Assembly (NCBI GenBank): GCA_963845515.1
Contig: CAWJSR010000013.1
Span: 1 to 39,806, forward strand
Source of the DNA: an uncultured delta proteobacterium
Lineage (GTDB): Bacteria; Myxococcota; Myxococcia; Myxococcales; Anaeromyxobacteraceae
Length of the DNA: 39,806 nt
Direction: 5' to 3'
This document shows, piece by piece, positions 1 to 9,062 of the stretch. Within the stretch, counting starts at the first letter, position 1; the number at the start of each line of letters is the position of its first letter. Made by a program: the position numbers and the translations under genes. The notes beneath the pieces are model-generated. The model had not been told where the DNA came from and searched no databases. It worked only from the letters and a program-made list of their open reading frames with translations.

Positions 1-3
1 CCC

Positions 4-42
4 AAAAACAATGAAACCCCGCGGACTTTGCAGTACGCGGGG
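4..42 (-). terminator. Probable intrinsic terminator downstream of tRNA-Phe
   Basis: Hairpin CCCCGCG-g-ACT/ttgc/AGT-a-CGCGGGG (17-42), followed on the minus strand by TTTCATTGTTTTT. Confidence 0.55.
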
Positions 43-67
43 CCTCTGATGTCGGACGAGATGTCTG

Positions 68-140
68 TGCCTGGACCCGGAATCGAACCAGGGACACGGG
101 GATTTTCAATCCCCTGCTCTACCAGCTGAGCTATCCAGGC
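68..140 (-). tRNA. tRNA-Phe (GAA), CCA not encoded
   Basis: Minus strand GCCTGGATAGCTCAGCTGGTAGAGCAGGGGATTGAAAATCCCCGTGTCCCTGGTTCGATTCCGGGTCCAGGCA folds as a cloverleaf with a GAA anticodon and TTCGA T-loop. Confidence 0.97.
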
Positions 141-229
141 GTTCTGCGCCACCGGCGGGGAGACCGCCGGGGTTGGGTCTTTTACGATCCCCGGCCGCGG
201 AAGGCAACAGTCTAGCTGCCCCCCGCTCG

Positions 230-1000
230 CTACGTCCTGGGGACCGCCTTGAGGGTCGCCTTGCCGTCCTTGACGACCACCTTGAACTCGACCGACTTCG
301 CGTTGAAGCGGGTCAGGATCTCCGGCACCTGCTTCTGGACGCTCTTCGCGACCGCGTCGAAGGTGAGGCGCGACACGTCCTCGCCGCACTGCTTCTTCGC
401 GGAGATGTACTGCGTGTAGAGCTCGCGCATCTGCCTGTCGGCGACGCCGGCGGCCGTGGCGGCGGGCGGGGGACGTGGGGCGCCGGCGGGGGGCGCTGCT
501 GCGGCCTTCGGCTGGGCGGCCGGCACCTTCCCGCTGGCTGGCGGGGGAGGCGGCGTGGCGGCGGCCTCCTCCTTCGCCTGCGCCTCACGCTCCCTGCGCG
601 CGCGCAGCTCCACGTGCATCTTCGCCTTGAAGACGTCGCGGTGGTACGTCCCCTCCTCCTTCTCGCGCGCGGACCTGAGCCACATCCGCTCGTAGGAGAG
701 GAACCGCGCGTGCAGCGACTGGAGCCGGAAGCGCAGGGCCGCGTTGCGCGTGAAGGCCTCCTTGATGCGGAGGACCTTCTTCTTCAGCTCGTCGCGCACC
801 CTGTTCGGCTCGCGCTTCTCGACGCCGAGGAAGTACATCTCGTACTTTACTTTCAGCTCCTCAAGCTCGTACTCGAGCGCGGTGCACTCGTCCGCGATCG
901 CGTCCTTCTGCTTCTGGGCCTTGGCGAGTGCGTCCGCGGGGCGCTCGAGGCCGCCCTTCTGGAGGCCCGGCTTCTGCGGCGGCTTGATGGTCGGAGGCAC
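230..1000 (-). CDS. Conserved myxobacterial protein (MXAN_5187 C-terminal-domain-like) with a Pro/Ala linker
   Basis: Coiled-coil N-part LEELKVKYEMYFLGVEKREP, low-complexity linker, C-terminal LYTQYISAKKQCGE...VEFKVVVKDGKATLKA. Codon usage fits the host. Confidence 0.75.
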   Translation of the reverse strand: MPPTIKPPQKPGLQKGGLERPADALAKAQKQKDAIADECTALEYELEELKVKYEMYFLGVEKREPNRVRDELKKKVLRIKEAFTRNAALRFRLQSLHARFLSYERMWLRSAREKEEGTYHRDVFKAKMHVELRARREREAQAKEEAAATPPPPPASGKVPAAQPKAAAAPPAGAPRPPPAATAAGVADRQMRELYTQYISAKKQCGEDVSRLTFDAVAKSVQKQVPEILTRFNAKSVEFKVVVKDGKATLKAVPRT

Positions 1001-1065
1001 GGCCGGATCCTACGGTCGTGCGGGGCGCGGGATCAACGTGCCAGGCGCCCCCGGGGGGCTGAACG

Positions 1066-2133
1066 TCACGCTGCCAGGCGCGCTCGTGTCGCCCGGAGCC
1101 CCACGACCCAGACGAGGACACCAGCCGCCAGGATGACGATCGACGTCCACTGCCCGGCCCCGAGCCCGAAGTAGACGCCCCGCTCGACGTCGCCGCGGAA
1201 GAGCTCCACGGTGGTCCGCAGGACCGAGTAGACGAGCAGCCAGACGGCGAGGACCTGCCCGTCGAAGCGCTTGCGGGGCCTGACGACCAGCACGAGCAGG
1301 AGGAAGATCCCGAGCTCCCCGAACGACTCGTAGAGCTGGGTCGGGTGGAGCGGGAGCGTCGTCGCCAGGTCCGGCGCGATGAACTCCTCCGGGTGCGGGC
1401 GCCCCGCGAACGTCTGGTACGCGAGCGAGACGCGCGGGAAGCTGGCGAGCCAGGGGAGGTGCGTGTGCGCCACCTCGCCCCAGCAGCAGCCGGCCCCGAA
1501 GCAGCCGAGCCGGCCCATGAAGTGGCCGAAGGCGACCGAGGGGATGAGCGCGTCGGCGTACTGCAGGAAGCGCATCTCGTGGCGGCGCATGTAGACGAAC
1601 GCGCCGATGACCGCGCCGATGAAGCCCCCGTAGAAGACCATGCCCGCCGGCAGCAGGAACTTCGGCCACCGCCCGAAGGCGCGGGTCGTCGTGAGCCAGT
1701 CGGGGCCGAAGAACTCGTCGAAGTTCACGAGGACGAAGTACAGGTGCGCGCCGACGAGGGCTGAGGCGAGGATCCAGAAGGCGAGGTCGGCGACCCGCTC
1801 CGGGTCGAGGCCGACCTTGGCCGCCTCACGCTGGGCCAGCGCCGCGCCGATGATGAAGGCGCTCGCCACGAGCAGGCCGTAGGTGTGGAGCGGCAGGGAC
1901 ACGTCGCCGTCGAGGTAGCCGCCCTTCCAGAGCACGATCGCCACGGCGGCCAGGATCACCACCGTGACCGCGTCGTCCTTGATCGCGCCGAGGAGCGTCG
2001 CGTGGTGCCCCTCCTTGCGGGCGCGCCGGACGTAGAGGAGCGCGCGGCCGAGGGTCAGCGCGAGGAAGACGAGGGCGACGACGAGCTTCGCCCACGCCGC
2101 GGGGATCGAGATCTGGAAGAGGACGGGTAGCAT
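1066..2133 (-). CDS. lgt: Prolipoprotein diacylglyceryl transferase
   Basis: Motifs HTYGLL, GMVFYGGFIG, GRLGCFGAGCCWG, HPTQLYE, RTTVELFR. Lies downstream of lspA. Confidence 0.95.
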   Translation of the reverse strand: MLPVLFQISIPAAWAKLVVALVFLALTLGRALLYVRRARKEGHHATLLGAIKDDAVTVVILAAVAIVLWKGGYLDGDVSLPLHTYGLLVASAFIIGAALAQREAAKVGLDPERVADLAFWILASALVGAHLYFVLVNFDEFFGPDWLTTTRAFGRWPKFLLPAGMVFYGGFIGAVIGAFVYMRRHEMRFLQYADALIPSVAFGHFMGRLGCFGAGCCWGEVAHTHLPWLASFPRVSLAYQTFAGRPHPEEFIAPDLATTLPLHPTQLYESFGELGIFLLLVLVVRPRKRFDGQVLAVWLLVYSVLRTTVELFRGDVERGVYFGLGAGQWTSIVILAAGVLVWVVGLRATRARLAA

Positions 2134-2167
2134 TCAGGGGGGCCGGAGCAAGAACCGCCGCGAGCGG

Positions 2168-2767
2168 TCAGGCCTTCCCGTCGGCCGGCTTTTCCCCCTT
2201 CGAGGGGAACGGCTTCAGGAGGAGCAGCGCGACGCCGACGACCAGCATGGAGTCGGCGATGTTGAACGTCGGCCAGCGCAGGTCCGGCCGGTTCCACCAG
2301 TACCAGTCGATGTAGTCGATGACGTACTGGCGCAGCGCGCGGTCGATGAAGTTCCCGAGGTCGCCGGCGAGCACCAGCGCGAGCGCCACCTGGAGGAAGC
2401 GCTGGTCCTCGCCGAGCTGGCGGAAGTAGTAGAGGATCGCCACCGCGGCGGCGGCGGCCGCGACGAGGAAGACCGCGAGCCGGGGACCGTCCGAGAGGAA
2501 GCGGCCGAGGCCGAACGCCGCGTTCGGGTTCTCCACGTAGAGCATCCGCCAGAGGGGCCGGAAGACGTAGTACGGCTCGGTCGCGAGCGACTCGAGGTTG
2601 CGGTGGCTGAGGAAGGCCGAGACCTTCTCCCCGATCGTCTCGGCGCCGACGCGCCGGAACAGGTCGGTGAGCCTCGAGACCGCCAGGAACTTCGTCCACT
2701 GGTCGAGGGCGATCCCGGCGCCGAAGACCGCCGCCAGCACGGCCCACTTCGAGATGGGGCGCCTCAC
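2168..2767 (-). CDS. lspA: Lipoprotein signal peptidase II
   Basis: Motifs [39 protein letters not shown] start at 2767 overlaps the ileS stop (GTGA), so the longer ORF in the track is over-extended. Confidence 0.93.
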   Translation of the reverse strand: MRRPISKWAVLAAVFGAGIALDQWTKFLAVSRLTDLFRRVGAETIGEKVSAFLSHRNLESLATEPYYVFRPLWRMLYVENPNAAFGLGRFLSDGPRLAVFLVAAAAAAVAILYYFRQLGEDQRFLQVALALVLAGDLGNFIDRALRQYVIDYIDWYWWNRPDLRWPTFNIADSMLVVGVALLLLKPFPSKGEKPADGKA

Positions 2768-5616
2768 GCCAGCGCCTCCCCGCACTTGCCGCACACGGTC
2801 GGGTGGGCCGGCGCCTTGCCGATGTCCTCGGCGTAGATCCAGCAGCGCTCGCACTTCTGGCCGGGCGCCCGCGCGACCTCGACCGAGAGCGGGCCGTCGG
2901 CGAGGACGACCTTGGAGACGATGAAGAGGGCGGGGAGCTCCGCCTTCGCCTCCTCGAGCAGCCTTCGCTGCTCCCCCTCGGCGCGCACCGTCACCATCGC
3001 CTCGAGCCCGGAGCCGATCAGCTTCGCGCGCCGCGCCTCCTCGAGCTTCCCCTGCACCACCGCGCGCACCTCGAAGAGCTTGCCGTAGCGGGCCTCGAGG
3101 GCGTCCGCGTCGCTGGGCCGCTCGCGGGTCGGGAGCCCGGCGAGGAACACCGACTCGGCCGGCTTGCCCGGCAGGAAGGCCCAGGCCTCGTGCGCGGTGA
3201 AGGAGAGGATCGGCGCGAGGAGCCGCATCACGTCCTGCGCGACGATCCAGAGGACGGTCTGGGCGGAGCGCCGCGGCTTGCCGTCCCGCCTCGCCGTGTA
3301 GAGCCGGTCCTTCAGGACGTCGAAGTAGATCGAGGAGAGCTCCACCGCGCAGAACTGCATCGTCGCGTGGTAGGCGACGTGGAACTCGTACCCCTCGTAC
3401 GCCGCCTTCACCTTCTCGTCCCACGCGGCGAGCCGCGCGAGGGCCCAGCGGTCGATCGGCTCCATCTCCGCGACCGGGACCTGGTCCCTCGCGGGATCGA
3501 AGCCGTCGAGGTTGCCGAGCAGGTACCGCAGGGTGTTCCGGATCTTCCGGTAGCCCTCGGCGAGCCCGCTCATGATCTCGTCGCCGATCCGCACGTCATC
3601 GCGGTAGTCGGCCGCCGAGACCCAGAGCCTCAGGATGTCGGCGCCGTACTTCTTGATGATCTCCTCGGGGGCGACGGTGTTGCCGAGGCTCTTCGACATC
3701 GCCTTGCCGTGCGCGTCGAGCACGAAGCCGTGCGTCAGCACCGCCCGGTACGGCGCCTTGCCCTTGATCGCGACGCTGGTCAGCAGGGAGGAGTGGAACC
3801 AGCCGCGGTGCTGGTCGGAGCCCTCCAGGTAGAGGTCCGCCGGGATGCCCAGCTCCTTCGAGCGCTCCGCGACCGCCGCCCACGAGACGCCCGAGTCCCA
3901 CCAGACGTCGAGGATGTCCTGCTCGCGCCGGAACGCGCTCCCGCCGCACTTGGCGCAGGCGTGCCCCTCGGTGAAGGCCGTCGGCTCGCGCCGGTACCAG
4001 GCCTCGATCCCCTCCGCCTCGAAGACGTCGGCCACCTTGTCCATCACGGCCGGCGAGACGAGCGGCTCGGCGCACCCCTCGCAGTAGAAGACCGGGATCG
4101 GCACGCCCCACGTCCGCTGGCGCGACAGGCACCAGTCGGGGCGGTTCTCGATCATGTTGTGGATCCGCTCGCGCCCCCAGTGCGGGATCCAGCGGACGCG
4201 GTCGATCTCGCTGAGCGCGGTCTCGCGCAGCCCGTTCTTGTCCAGCGACAGGAACCACTGGTCGGTCGCGCGGAAGATGACCGGGTGGTGGCAGCGCCAG
4301 CAGTGCGGGTAGCTGTGCTTGATCCTGGCGGACGGGTCGGACAACAGATTTCCGCTCGCGTGGAGGTCGGTCACGATCTCGGCGTTGGCGTCCTGGATCT
4401 TCTTGCCAGCGTACTTCCCCGCCTCGGCAGTGAAGACCCCGGCCCCGTCGACCGGGTTGAGGATCTCGAGCTTGTAGCGGAGGCCGACCTCGTAGTCCTC
4501 CTGGCCGTGGCCGGGCGCCGTGTGGACGAGCCCGGTCCCCGCCTCGAGCGTCACGTGCTCGCCCAGGATGACCGGCGACTCGCGCCCCATGAACGGGTGG
4601 CGGTAGGTGAGCCCTTCGAGCGCCTTCCCCTCGACGCAGCCCAGGAGCTTCGCGGGGTCTGCCAGGCGCGCCGTGCCGCCGACCCCGGCGCCGCCGGTCG
4701 CCGCCTCGTGGGCCGCGGGCGAGTGGGCCTGCGGCGCGTCGGTGAGCGAGAGCTCACCGGGGGCGCAGTCTGCGAGGAAGGCGACGAGCAGGTCCTTCGC
4801 CACGACCACCACCTCGCCGTTCAGGTCATAGGCGGCGTAGGTGAAGTCCGGGTGGGCGGAGACGGCGAGGTTCGCAGGCAGCGTCCAAGGGGTGGTCGTC
4901 CAGATGACGAGCTTCGCCTTCCGCTGCGCGAGCTTCGGATCCGGCAGCGGCTTCGTCAGCTCGAACGCGACGTAGATCGACGGCGAGGTGTGGTCCTCGT
5001 ACTCGACCTCGGCCTCGGCGAGCGCGGTCCGGTCGGTCGTGCACCAGTAGACCGGCTTCTTGCCGCGGTAGAGCAAGCCGCGCTCGGCCGCGCGCGCGAG
5101 GGCCCGGACGGTGTCGGCCTCGTAGCCCCTGGCCATCGTCTCGTAGGGCGCCTCCCAGCGTCCGAAGACGCCGAGCCGCTTGAAGGACGTGCGCTGGCGG
5201 TCGATCCACTTGCGCGCGTACTTGCGGCACGCGTCGATGATCGCCGGCCGGTCCATCTCGCGCTTCTTCGACCCGAGCTCCTTGTCGACCTTCAGCTCGA
5301 TGGGGAGACCGTGGCAGTCCCAGCCGGGGACGTAGTCGGCCGTCTCGCCCTTCTGGTTCCGGTACTTGACGATGACGTCCTTGAGGATCTTGTTGAGCGC
5401 GTGGCCGATGTGGATGTCGCCGTTGGCGTAGGGCGGGCCGTCGTGCAGGACGAACTTCTTCGCCCCGGGGCGCGCCGCGTTGGCGGCCAGGATCCGCTCG
5501 AAGAGCCGGTCGGCCTCCCACGCGCGCTGGATCTCGGGCTCCCGCTGCGCGAGGTTCGCCTTCATCGGGAAGTCGGTCTTCGGGAGGTTGACGGTATCCT
5601 TGTAGTCCACGGCCAT
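2764..5616 (-). CDS. ileS: Isoleucine--tRNA ligase (type 1)
   Basis: [16 protein letters not shown] (HIGH), AMSKS (KMSKS-like), WTTTPWT, GTGLVH and C-terminal Zn finger CERCW...CGKC. Confidence 0.98.
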   Translation of the reverse strand: MAVDYKDTVNLPKTDFPMKANLAQREPEIQRAWEADRLFERILAANAARPGAKKFVLHDGPPYANGDIHIGHALNKILKDVIVKYRNQKGETADYVPGWDCHGLPIELKVDKELGSKKREMDRPAIIDACRKYARKWIDRQRTSFKRLGVFGRWEAPYETMARGYEADTVRALARAAERGLLYRGKKPVYWCTTDRTALAEAEVEYEDHTSPSIYVAFELTKPLPDPKLAQRKAKLVIWTTTPWTLPANLAVSAHPDFTYAAYDLNGEVVVVAKDLLVAFLADCAPGELSLTDAPQAHSPAAHEAATGGAGVGGTARLADPAKLLGCVEGKALEGLTYRHPFMGRESPVILGEHVTLEAGTGLVHTAPGHGQEDYEVGLRYKLEILNPVDGAGVFTAEAGKYAGKKIQDANAEIVTDLHASGNLLSDPSARIKHSYPHCWRCHHPVIFRATDQWFLSLDKNGLRETALSEIDRVRWIPHWGRERIHNMIENRPDWCLSRQRTWGVPIPVFYCEGCAEPLVSPAVMDKVADVFEAEGIEAWYRREPTAFTEGHACAKCGGSAFRREQDILDVWWDSGVSWAAVAERSKELGIPADLYLEGSDQHRGWFHSSLLTSVAIKGKAPYRAVLTHGFVLDAHGKAMSKSLGNTVAPEEIIKKYGADILRLWVSAADYRDDVRIGDEIMSGLAEGYRKIRNTLRYLLGNLDGFDPARDQVPVAEMEPIDRWALARLAAWDEKVKAAYEGYEFHVAYHATMQFCAVELSSIYFDVLKDRLYTARRDGKPRRSAQTVLWIVAQDVMRLLAPILSFTAHEAWAFLPGKPAESVFLAGLPTRERPSDADALEARYGKLFEVRAVVQGKLEEARRAKLIGSGLEAMVTVRAEGEQRRLLEEAKAELPALFIVSKVVLADGPLSVEVARAPGQKCERCWIYAEDIGKAPAHPTVCGKCGEALA

Positions 5617-5690
5617 TTTTCCTCGTAAAGTCGAGGTTTCTAGCAGCGTTGCGGCCGCCGGGCAACGCCGCTAGCTTGGTGCGCTCGAAC

Positions 5691-6686
5691 ATGGCCACGC
5701 GACGACCCCGCACGGGCGAAGGAACCCGCCGAAGCGCCCCCGCGCCGGGCGGCCGGCGAGCCCCCAGGCGGCAGCTCGCGATCCTCTCGAGGAACCCGCG
5801 CCTGCACTCGACGCGAAGGCTCGTGGAGGCGACGCGCGCGGCCGGGCTGCGCCCCCTCGTCCTCGACACGCTCCGCTGCAACATGGTCCTGGACGGCTCC
5901 CGGCCCCGGATCGTCTACCGCGGTGAGGAGCTGGTCGCCGAGTCGATCCACGTGGTCATCCCGCGGATCGGCGCGTCGATAACGGGCTACGGCCTCTCGG
6001 TCGTGAACCAGTTCGACATGATGGGGGTGACGGTCCTCAACAACGCGATCCCCATCTACCGCTCGCGAGACAAGCTGCGCGCGCTCCAGTTCCTGGCGCG
6101 GTTCGGCATCGACATCCCGCGGACGGTGATGTGCCGCTACCGCGACGAGGTTCCGCAGGCGGTCGAGATGGTCGGGGGGCTCCCCTGCATCATCAAGCTG
6201 CTGCGCGGCACGCAGGGCGTGGGCGTCATGATCGCCAACACGATGGCCGAGGTCGAGGGGATGCTCGACACCCTCTGGACGCTCGGCCAGGAGATCCTGC
6301 TCCAGGAGTTGGTGGAGGAGTCGCGCGGCAAGGACGTGCGCGCCCTCGTGATCGGCGACCGGGTCGTGGCGGCGATGCGAAGGCGCGCGCGCGCGGGCGA
6401 CTTCCGCTCCAACATCCACCGCGGCGGCGAGGCGGAGGCGGTCGACCTGCCGCGCGAGTTCGCCGAGGCGGCGGTCAAGGCGACGCGGGTCATCGGACTC
6501 GAGGTGGCGGGCGTCGACATGCTCGAGGCGCGCACCGGCCCCAAGATCCTGGAGGTCAACTCCTCGCCCGGCTTCGAGGGGCTAGAGGCCGCCACCGGAC
6601 TGGACATCGCCACCCCCTACGTGAGGCACGCGATCGAGTACGCGGAGGGGCGCCAGTCGGGCTACGGCGGCGGCCACGTGGTGTGA
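5691..6686 (+). CDS. rimK: RimK-family ATP-grasp alpha-L-glutamate ligase
   Basis: ILSRNPRLHSTRRLVEA, VIPRIGASIT, FRSNIHRGG, LEVNSSPGFEG. ATG at 5691 chosen as start. Confidence 0.88.
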   Translation: MATRRPRTGEGTRRSAPAPGGRRAPRRQLAILSRNPRLHSTRRLVEATRAAGLRPLVLDTLRCNMVLDGSRPRIVYRGEELVAESIHVVIPRIGASITGYGLSVVNQFDMMGVTVLNNAIPIYRSRDKLRALQFLARFGIDIPRTVMCRYRDEVPQAVEMVGGLPCIIKLLRGTQGVGVMIANTMAEVEGMLDTLWTLGQEILLQELVEESRGKDVRALVIGDRVVAAMRRRARAGDFRSNIHRGGEAEAVDLPREFAEAAVKATRVIGLEVAGVDMLEARTGPKILEVNSSPGFEGLEAATGLDIATPYVRHAIEYAEGRQSGYGGGHVV

Positions 6687-6791
6687 TCCGGGCCACTTCC
6701 GACGTGGCGCCGGGCGTGCCTGCGAGCCACTGTGAGGTCCGGCGTCGACGTCTCCGTCCGTTTTCCTCCAGTGAATTCGAGGGGAGTGCGC

Positions 6792-6807
6792 TGGCACGCT
6801 GCCTGCT
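6792..6807 (+). promoter_or_regulatory. Putative sigma-54 -24/-12 promoter
   Basis: TGGCACGCTGCCTGCT matches TGGCACG-N4-(T/C)TGC with exact GG-N10-GC spacing. Intergenic, upstream of the gene at 6938. Confidence 0.55.
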
Positions 6808-6937
6808 TTGGCTCCCCTTGGGTGTCAACACGGCCGAAACTGGCTCCCCGGCGGTATTGTCGGCGGGTCCTGCTTGCCGTGAATCCATGGGCTTCGCCGT
6901 CCGTCACGACGGCACGTCCGCTGATGAGGAGTAAGCG

Positions 6938-8061
6938 ATGAGATATCTCTTCCTGGCAGTCCCGCTTGCGCTGCTCGCGGGCTGTGTCGTCCGAACGGGG
7001 CCCTACCGCGGCTACCAGACTTACGGAACGACCGCGGCGCCGGCGGCTCAAGGCGAGGTCTACTACTACGGCAACCACTTCATCCCTGAGAACGTCGGCG
7101 GCGGCTGGTGCTACATCGACGGGCCGCACACGCACGACTACTACCCGGACCGCGACGACTACTACGACTACGACCAGGGTTATTACTGGTACCGCGGCCC
7201 CTTCCTCTTCGGGTTCTTCGGCGGTCACCCGCTTCCGGGTGGCGGGTGGTGCTACATCAACGGCCCGCACCAGCACGACTACTACCCGCCGTCGGGTGGC
7301 GACTGGCGCTGGAACCGGACGGGCTACGTCTACCAGGGGCCGTACCGGCCGAACCGCCTGCCTCCCGCGAACTACTGGGCTCGCCCGGCGCCTCGCCCGG
7401 ACTGGCGCAGGGACCGGCCAGCCGTCCGCCCCGCTCCAGGCCGGCCGCTCCAGCGCCCGACGCGCGGCGACATGCGCCCGGGAGCACCGGACCGCGACCG
7501 CAGGTTCGAGCCCAACACCCGTCCCGAGGCGAGGGAGTCGGCCCCAATGACGCGTCCGTTCCCTGGACAGAGTGGCGCGGCGCCGGGGCACGGCGACAAC
7601 CTGCCGCCGGGCCAGGGCGGTGTTCCGCCCGGCCAGCTGCGACCGGGCAACCTCCCGCCGGGTCAGGACCGGCGTGACGACTTCTCTCCCGGCCGGGGCG
7701 GCCGGCCCGGCTTCGTCGCTCCCGGTCAGCAGGAAGACCGTGGCGGTGGGCGTCAGGGCTTCGCGCCTCCCGCTCAGGAAGACCGTGGCGGTGGGCGTCG
7801 GGCTTCGCGCCTCCCGCTCAGGAAGACCGTGGCGGCGGGCGTCCGGGCTTCGCGCCTCCCGCTCAGGAGGACCGCGGCGGCGGGCGTGATCGCGACGAGA
7901 ACCGCGGCCGCGTAGAGCGGCCCTCCGCGAGCCCCGGCCCCGCTCCTGCGGCGACCCCGCAGCCGGCCCCCGCCGCACGCGGCGACGCCAAGGCCAAGCC
8001 GGAGAAGAAGAAGGCCGACGACGAGAAGGAAGAGCGCTCGCGCCCTGGCCGCGGTCGCTGA
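6938..8061 (+). CDS. Putative lipoprotein with duplicated His/Cys/Tyr module and Pro/Arg/Gly-rich repeat tail (1-bp deletion near 7799)
   Basis: SD GAGGAG, signal peptide with lipobox LLAG-C, two GGGWCYI(D/N)GPHxHDYYP motifs. Restoring one base in the second 45-bp repeat extends the frame to ...KPEKKKADDEKEERSRPGRGR and TGA at 8059-8061. Confidence 0.75.
7731..7887 (+). repeat. 45-bp coding tandem repeat, about 3.5 copies (QEDRGGGRxGFAPPA)
   Basis: Unit AGGAAGACCGTGGCGGTGGGCGTCAGGGCTTCGCGCCTCCCGCTC repeated. The second copy is 44 bp. Confidence 0.9.
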
Positions 8062-8085
8062 CCGATCCGCAGCCTGCTGGACCGT

Positions 8086-8111
8086 AGGGCGCCGCCTCAG
8101 GGCGGCGCCCT
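8086..8111. terminator. Hairpin between convergent genes
   Basis: Perfect 11-bp stem AGGGCGCCGCC-tcag-GGCGGCGCCCT between two convergent stop codons. Confidence 0.6.
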
Positions 8112-8113
8112 CT

Positions 8114-8944
8114 TCATTTCTTCGCCTTCCCAGCCCGGGCCGCGCGCAGTGCCGCGGCGCAGCCCGCCAGGCGGACGCCCACCTCGCCCTCCAGCAGCTC
8201 CGCGTCGTTCCCCGAGCGCTCGTCGGCGCCGAGCGCGGCGAGGATCGCCTCCTCCGCGGCGCGCCGGGTGCGCTTGCCGGAGTGAGCTGCTTCGGCCGGG
8301 ACGGCGGCGCCGTGGGGATCGTGCCTGAACGCCGCGAAGAGCCCGTCCGAGCCCGGCTCGAGCTCCTCCTTCAGCGCGAGGAGCCTCCGGAGCGCCGCGG
8401 CGACCGGCGGAGCCTTCAGCTCGGCAGGCTCGATGGCCCCCCCGGACTCGCCAGCCAGCGCCTCGAGCACCGCCCGCAGGAAGGCGGCGTCGGTCGCGAC
8501 CAGGCCGTAGAGGTGGAAGTCGGTGGCCGCCTCGATCAGCGTCGCCTCGCGCTCGCCCATCGCCGCGTGGCTCGGGCAGAGGAAGGACTCGCAGGTCTCC
8601 ACGTCGTAGACGCCGCACGCGCGCAGGTCGACGCCGCCCGTCGCCTTCGGATGGGCGAGGCAACCGACGCGGGTCTCGGCGGCGTCGAGGAAGCCGACGA
8701 GCTGGCAGACGCGGATGGACGGGAAGAGCCCCTCCGGCGCGTCGGCAGCGAGCCGGCTGGACGCCTCGCGGAAGCCCTCGGGCGTGCGGGGCGCGCGGGC
8801 GAGGACGCGGGTGTGCCGGGCTAGCTCCGCGCGCACCGCTGCGCGGCCGAAGTCCCTGCGGTTGTAGATGCCGCAGCAGGCCCCGCAGCTCGCCCTGGTG
8901 CGCTGGCAGAGCCGCACGGTCACGGCGCCACCGGTGGCGGCCAC
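8114..8944 (-). CDS. Cysteine-cluster protein (possible Zn/Fe-S binding, YkgJ/CxxCC-like)
   Basis: LCQRTRASCGACCGIYN, plus CQLVGFLD, GCLAHP and CGVYDVETCESFLC. Start could be 8944 or the GTG about 20 nt downstream. Confidence 0.7.
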   Translation of the reverse strand: MAATGGAVTVRLCQRTRASCGACCGIYNRRDFGRAAVRAELARHTRVLARAPRTPEGFREASSRLAADAPEGLFPSIRVCQLVGFLDAAETRVGCLAHPKATGGVDLRACGVYDVETCESFLCPSHAAMGEREATLIEAATDFHLYGLVATDAAFLRAVLEALAGESGGAIEPAELKAPPVAAALRRLLALKEELEPGSDGLFAAFRHDPHGAAVPAEAAHSGKRTRRAAEEAILAALGADERSGNDAELLEGEVGVRLAGCAAALRAARAGKAKK

Positions 8945-8967
8945 GACGCGAGCGCCGCGCGGTGGAG

Positions 8968-9041
8968 TGGTTGAGGCGGAAGGATTCGAACCTTCATAGA
9001 CGGATCCAAAGTCCGTCGTCCTGCCATTGGACGACGCCTCA
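8968..9041 (-). tRNA. tRNA-Gln (TTG), CCA encoded
   Basis: Minus strand TGAGGCGTCGTCCAATGGCAGGACGACGGACTTTGGATCCGTCTATGAAGGTTCGAATCCTTCCGCCTCAACCA. Confidence 0.96.
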
Positions 9042-9062
9042 GCGAAGGTGGGGAGAGAGATG

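Noticed and set aside
1..140. tRNA-Phe as the attachment site of an integrated element
   Set aside because: Only 67 bp of flank is visible, with no integrase or duplicated tRNA 3' end in the window.
2803..5628. 941-aa ORF antisense to ileS, and similar long antisense ORFs at 10506-12788, 23417-26116 and 26214-28118
   Set aside because: Shadow ORFs caused by high-GC3 codon bias on the opposite strand of well-conserved genes. They have no recognisable motifs.
7731..7887. Direct repeats as a possible CRISPR array
   Set aside because: The repeats are contiguous with no unique spacers, keep a 15-aa coding period, and have no cas genes nearby.
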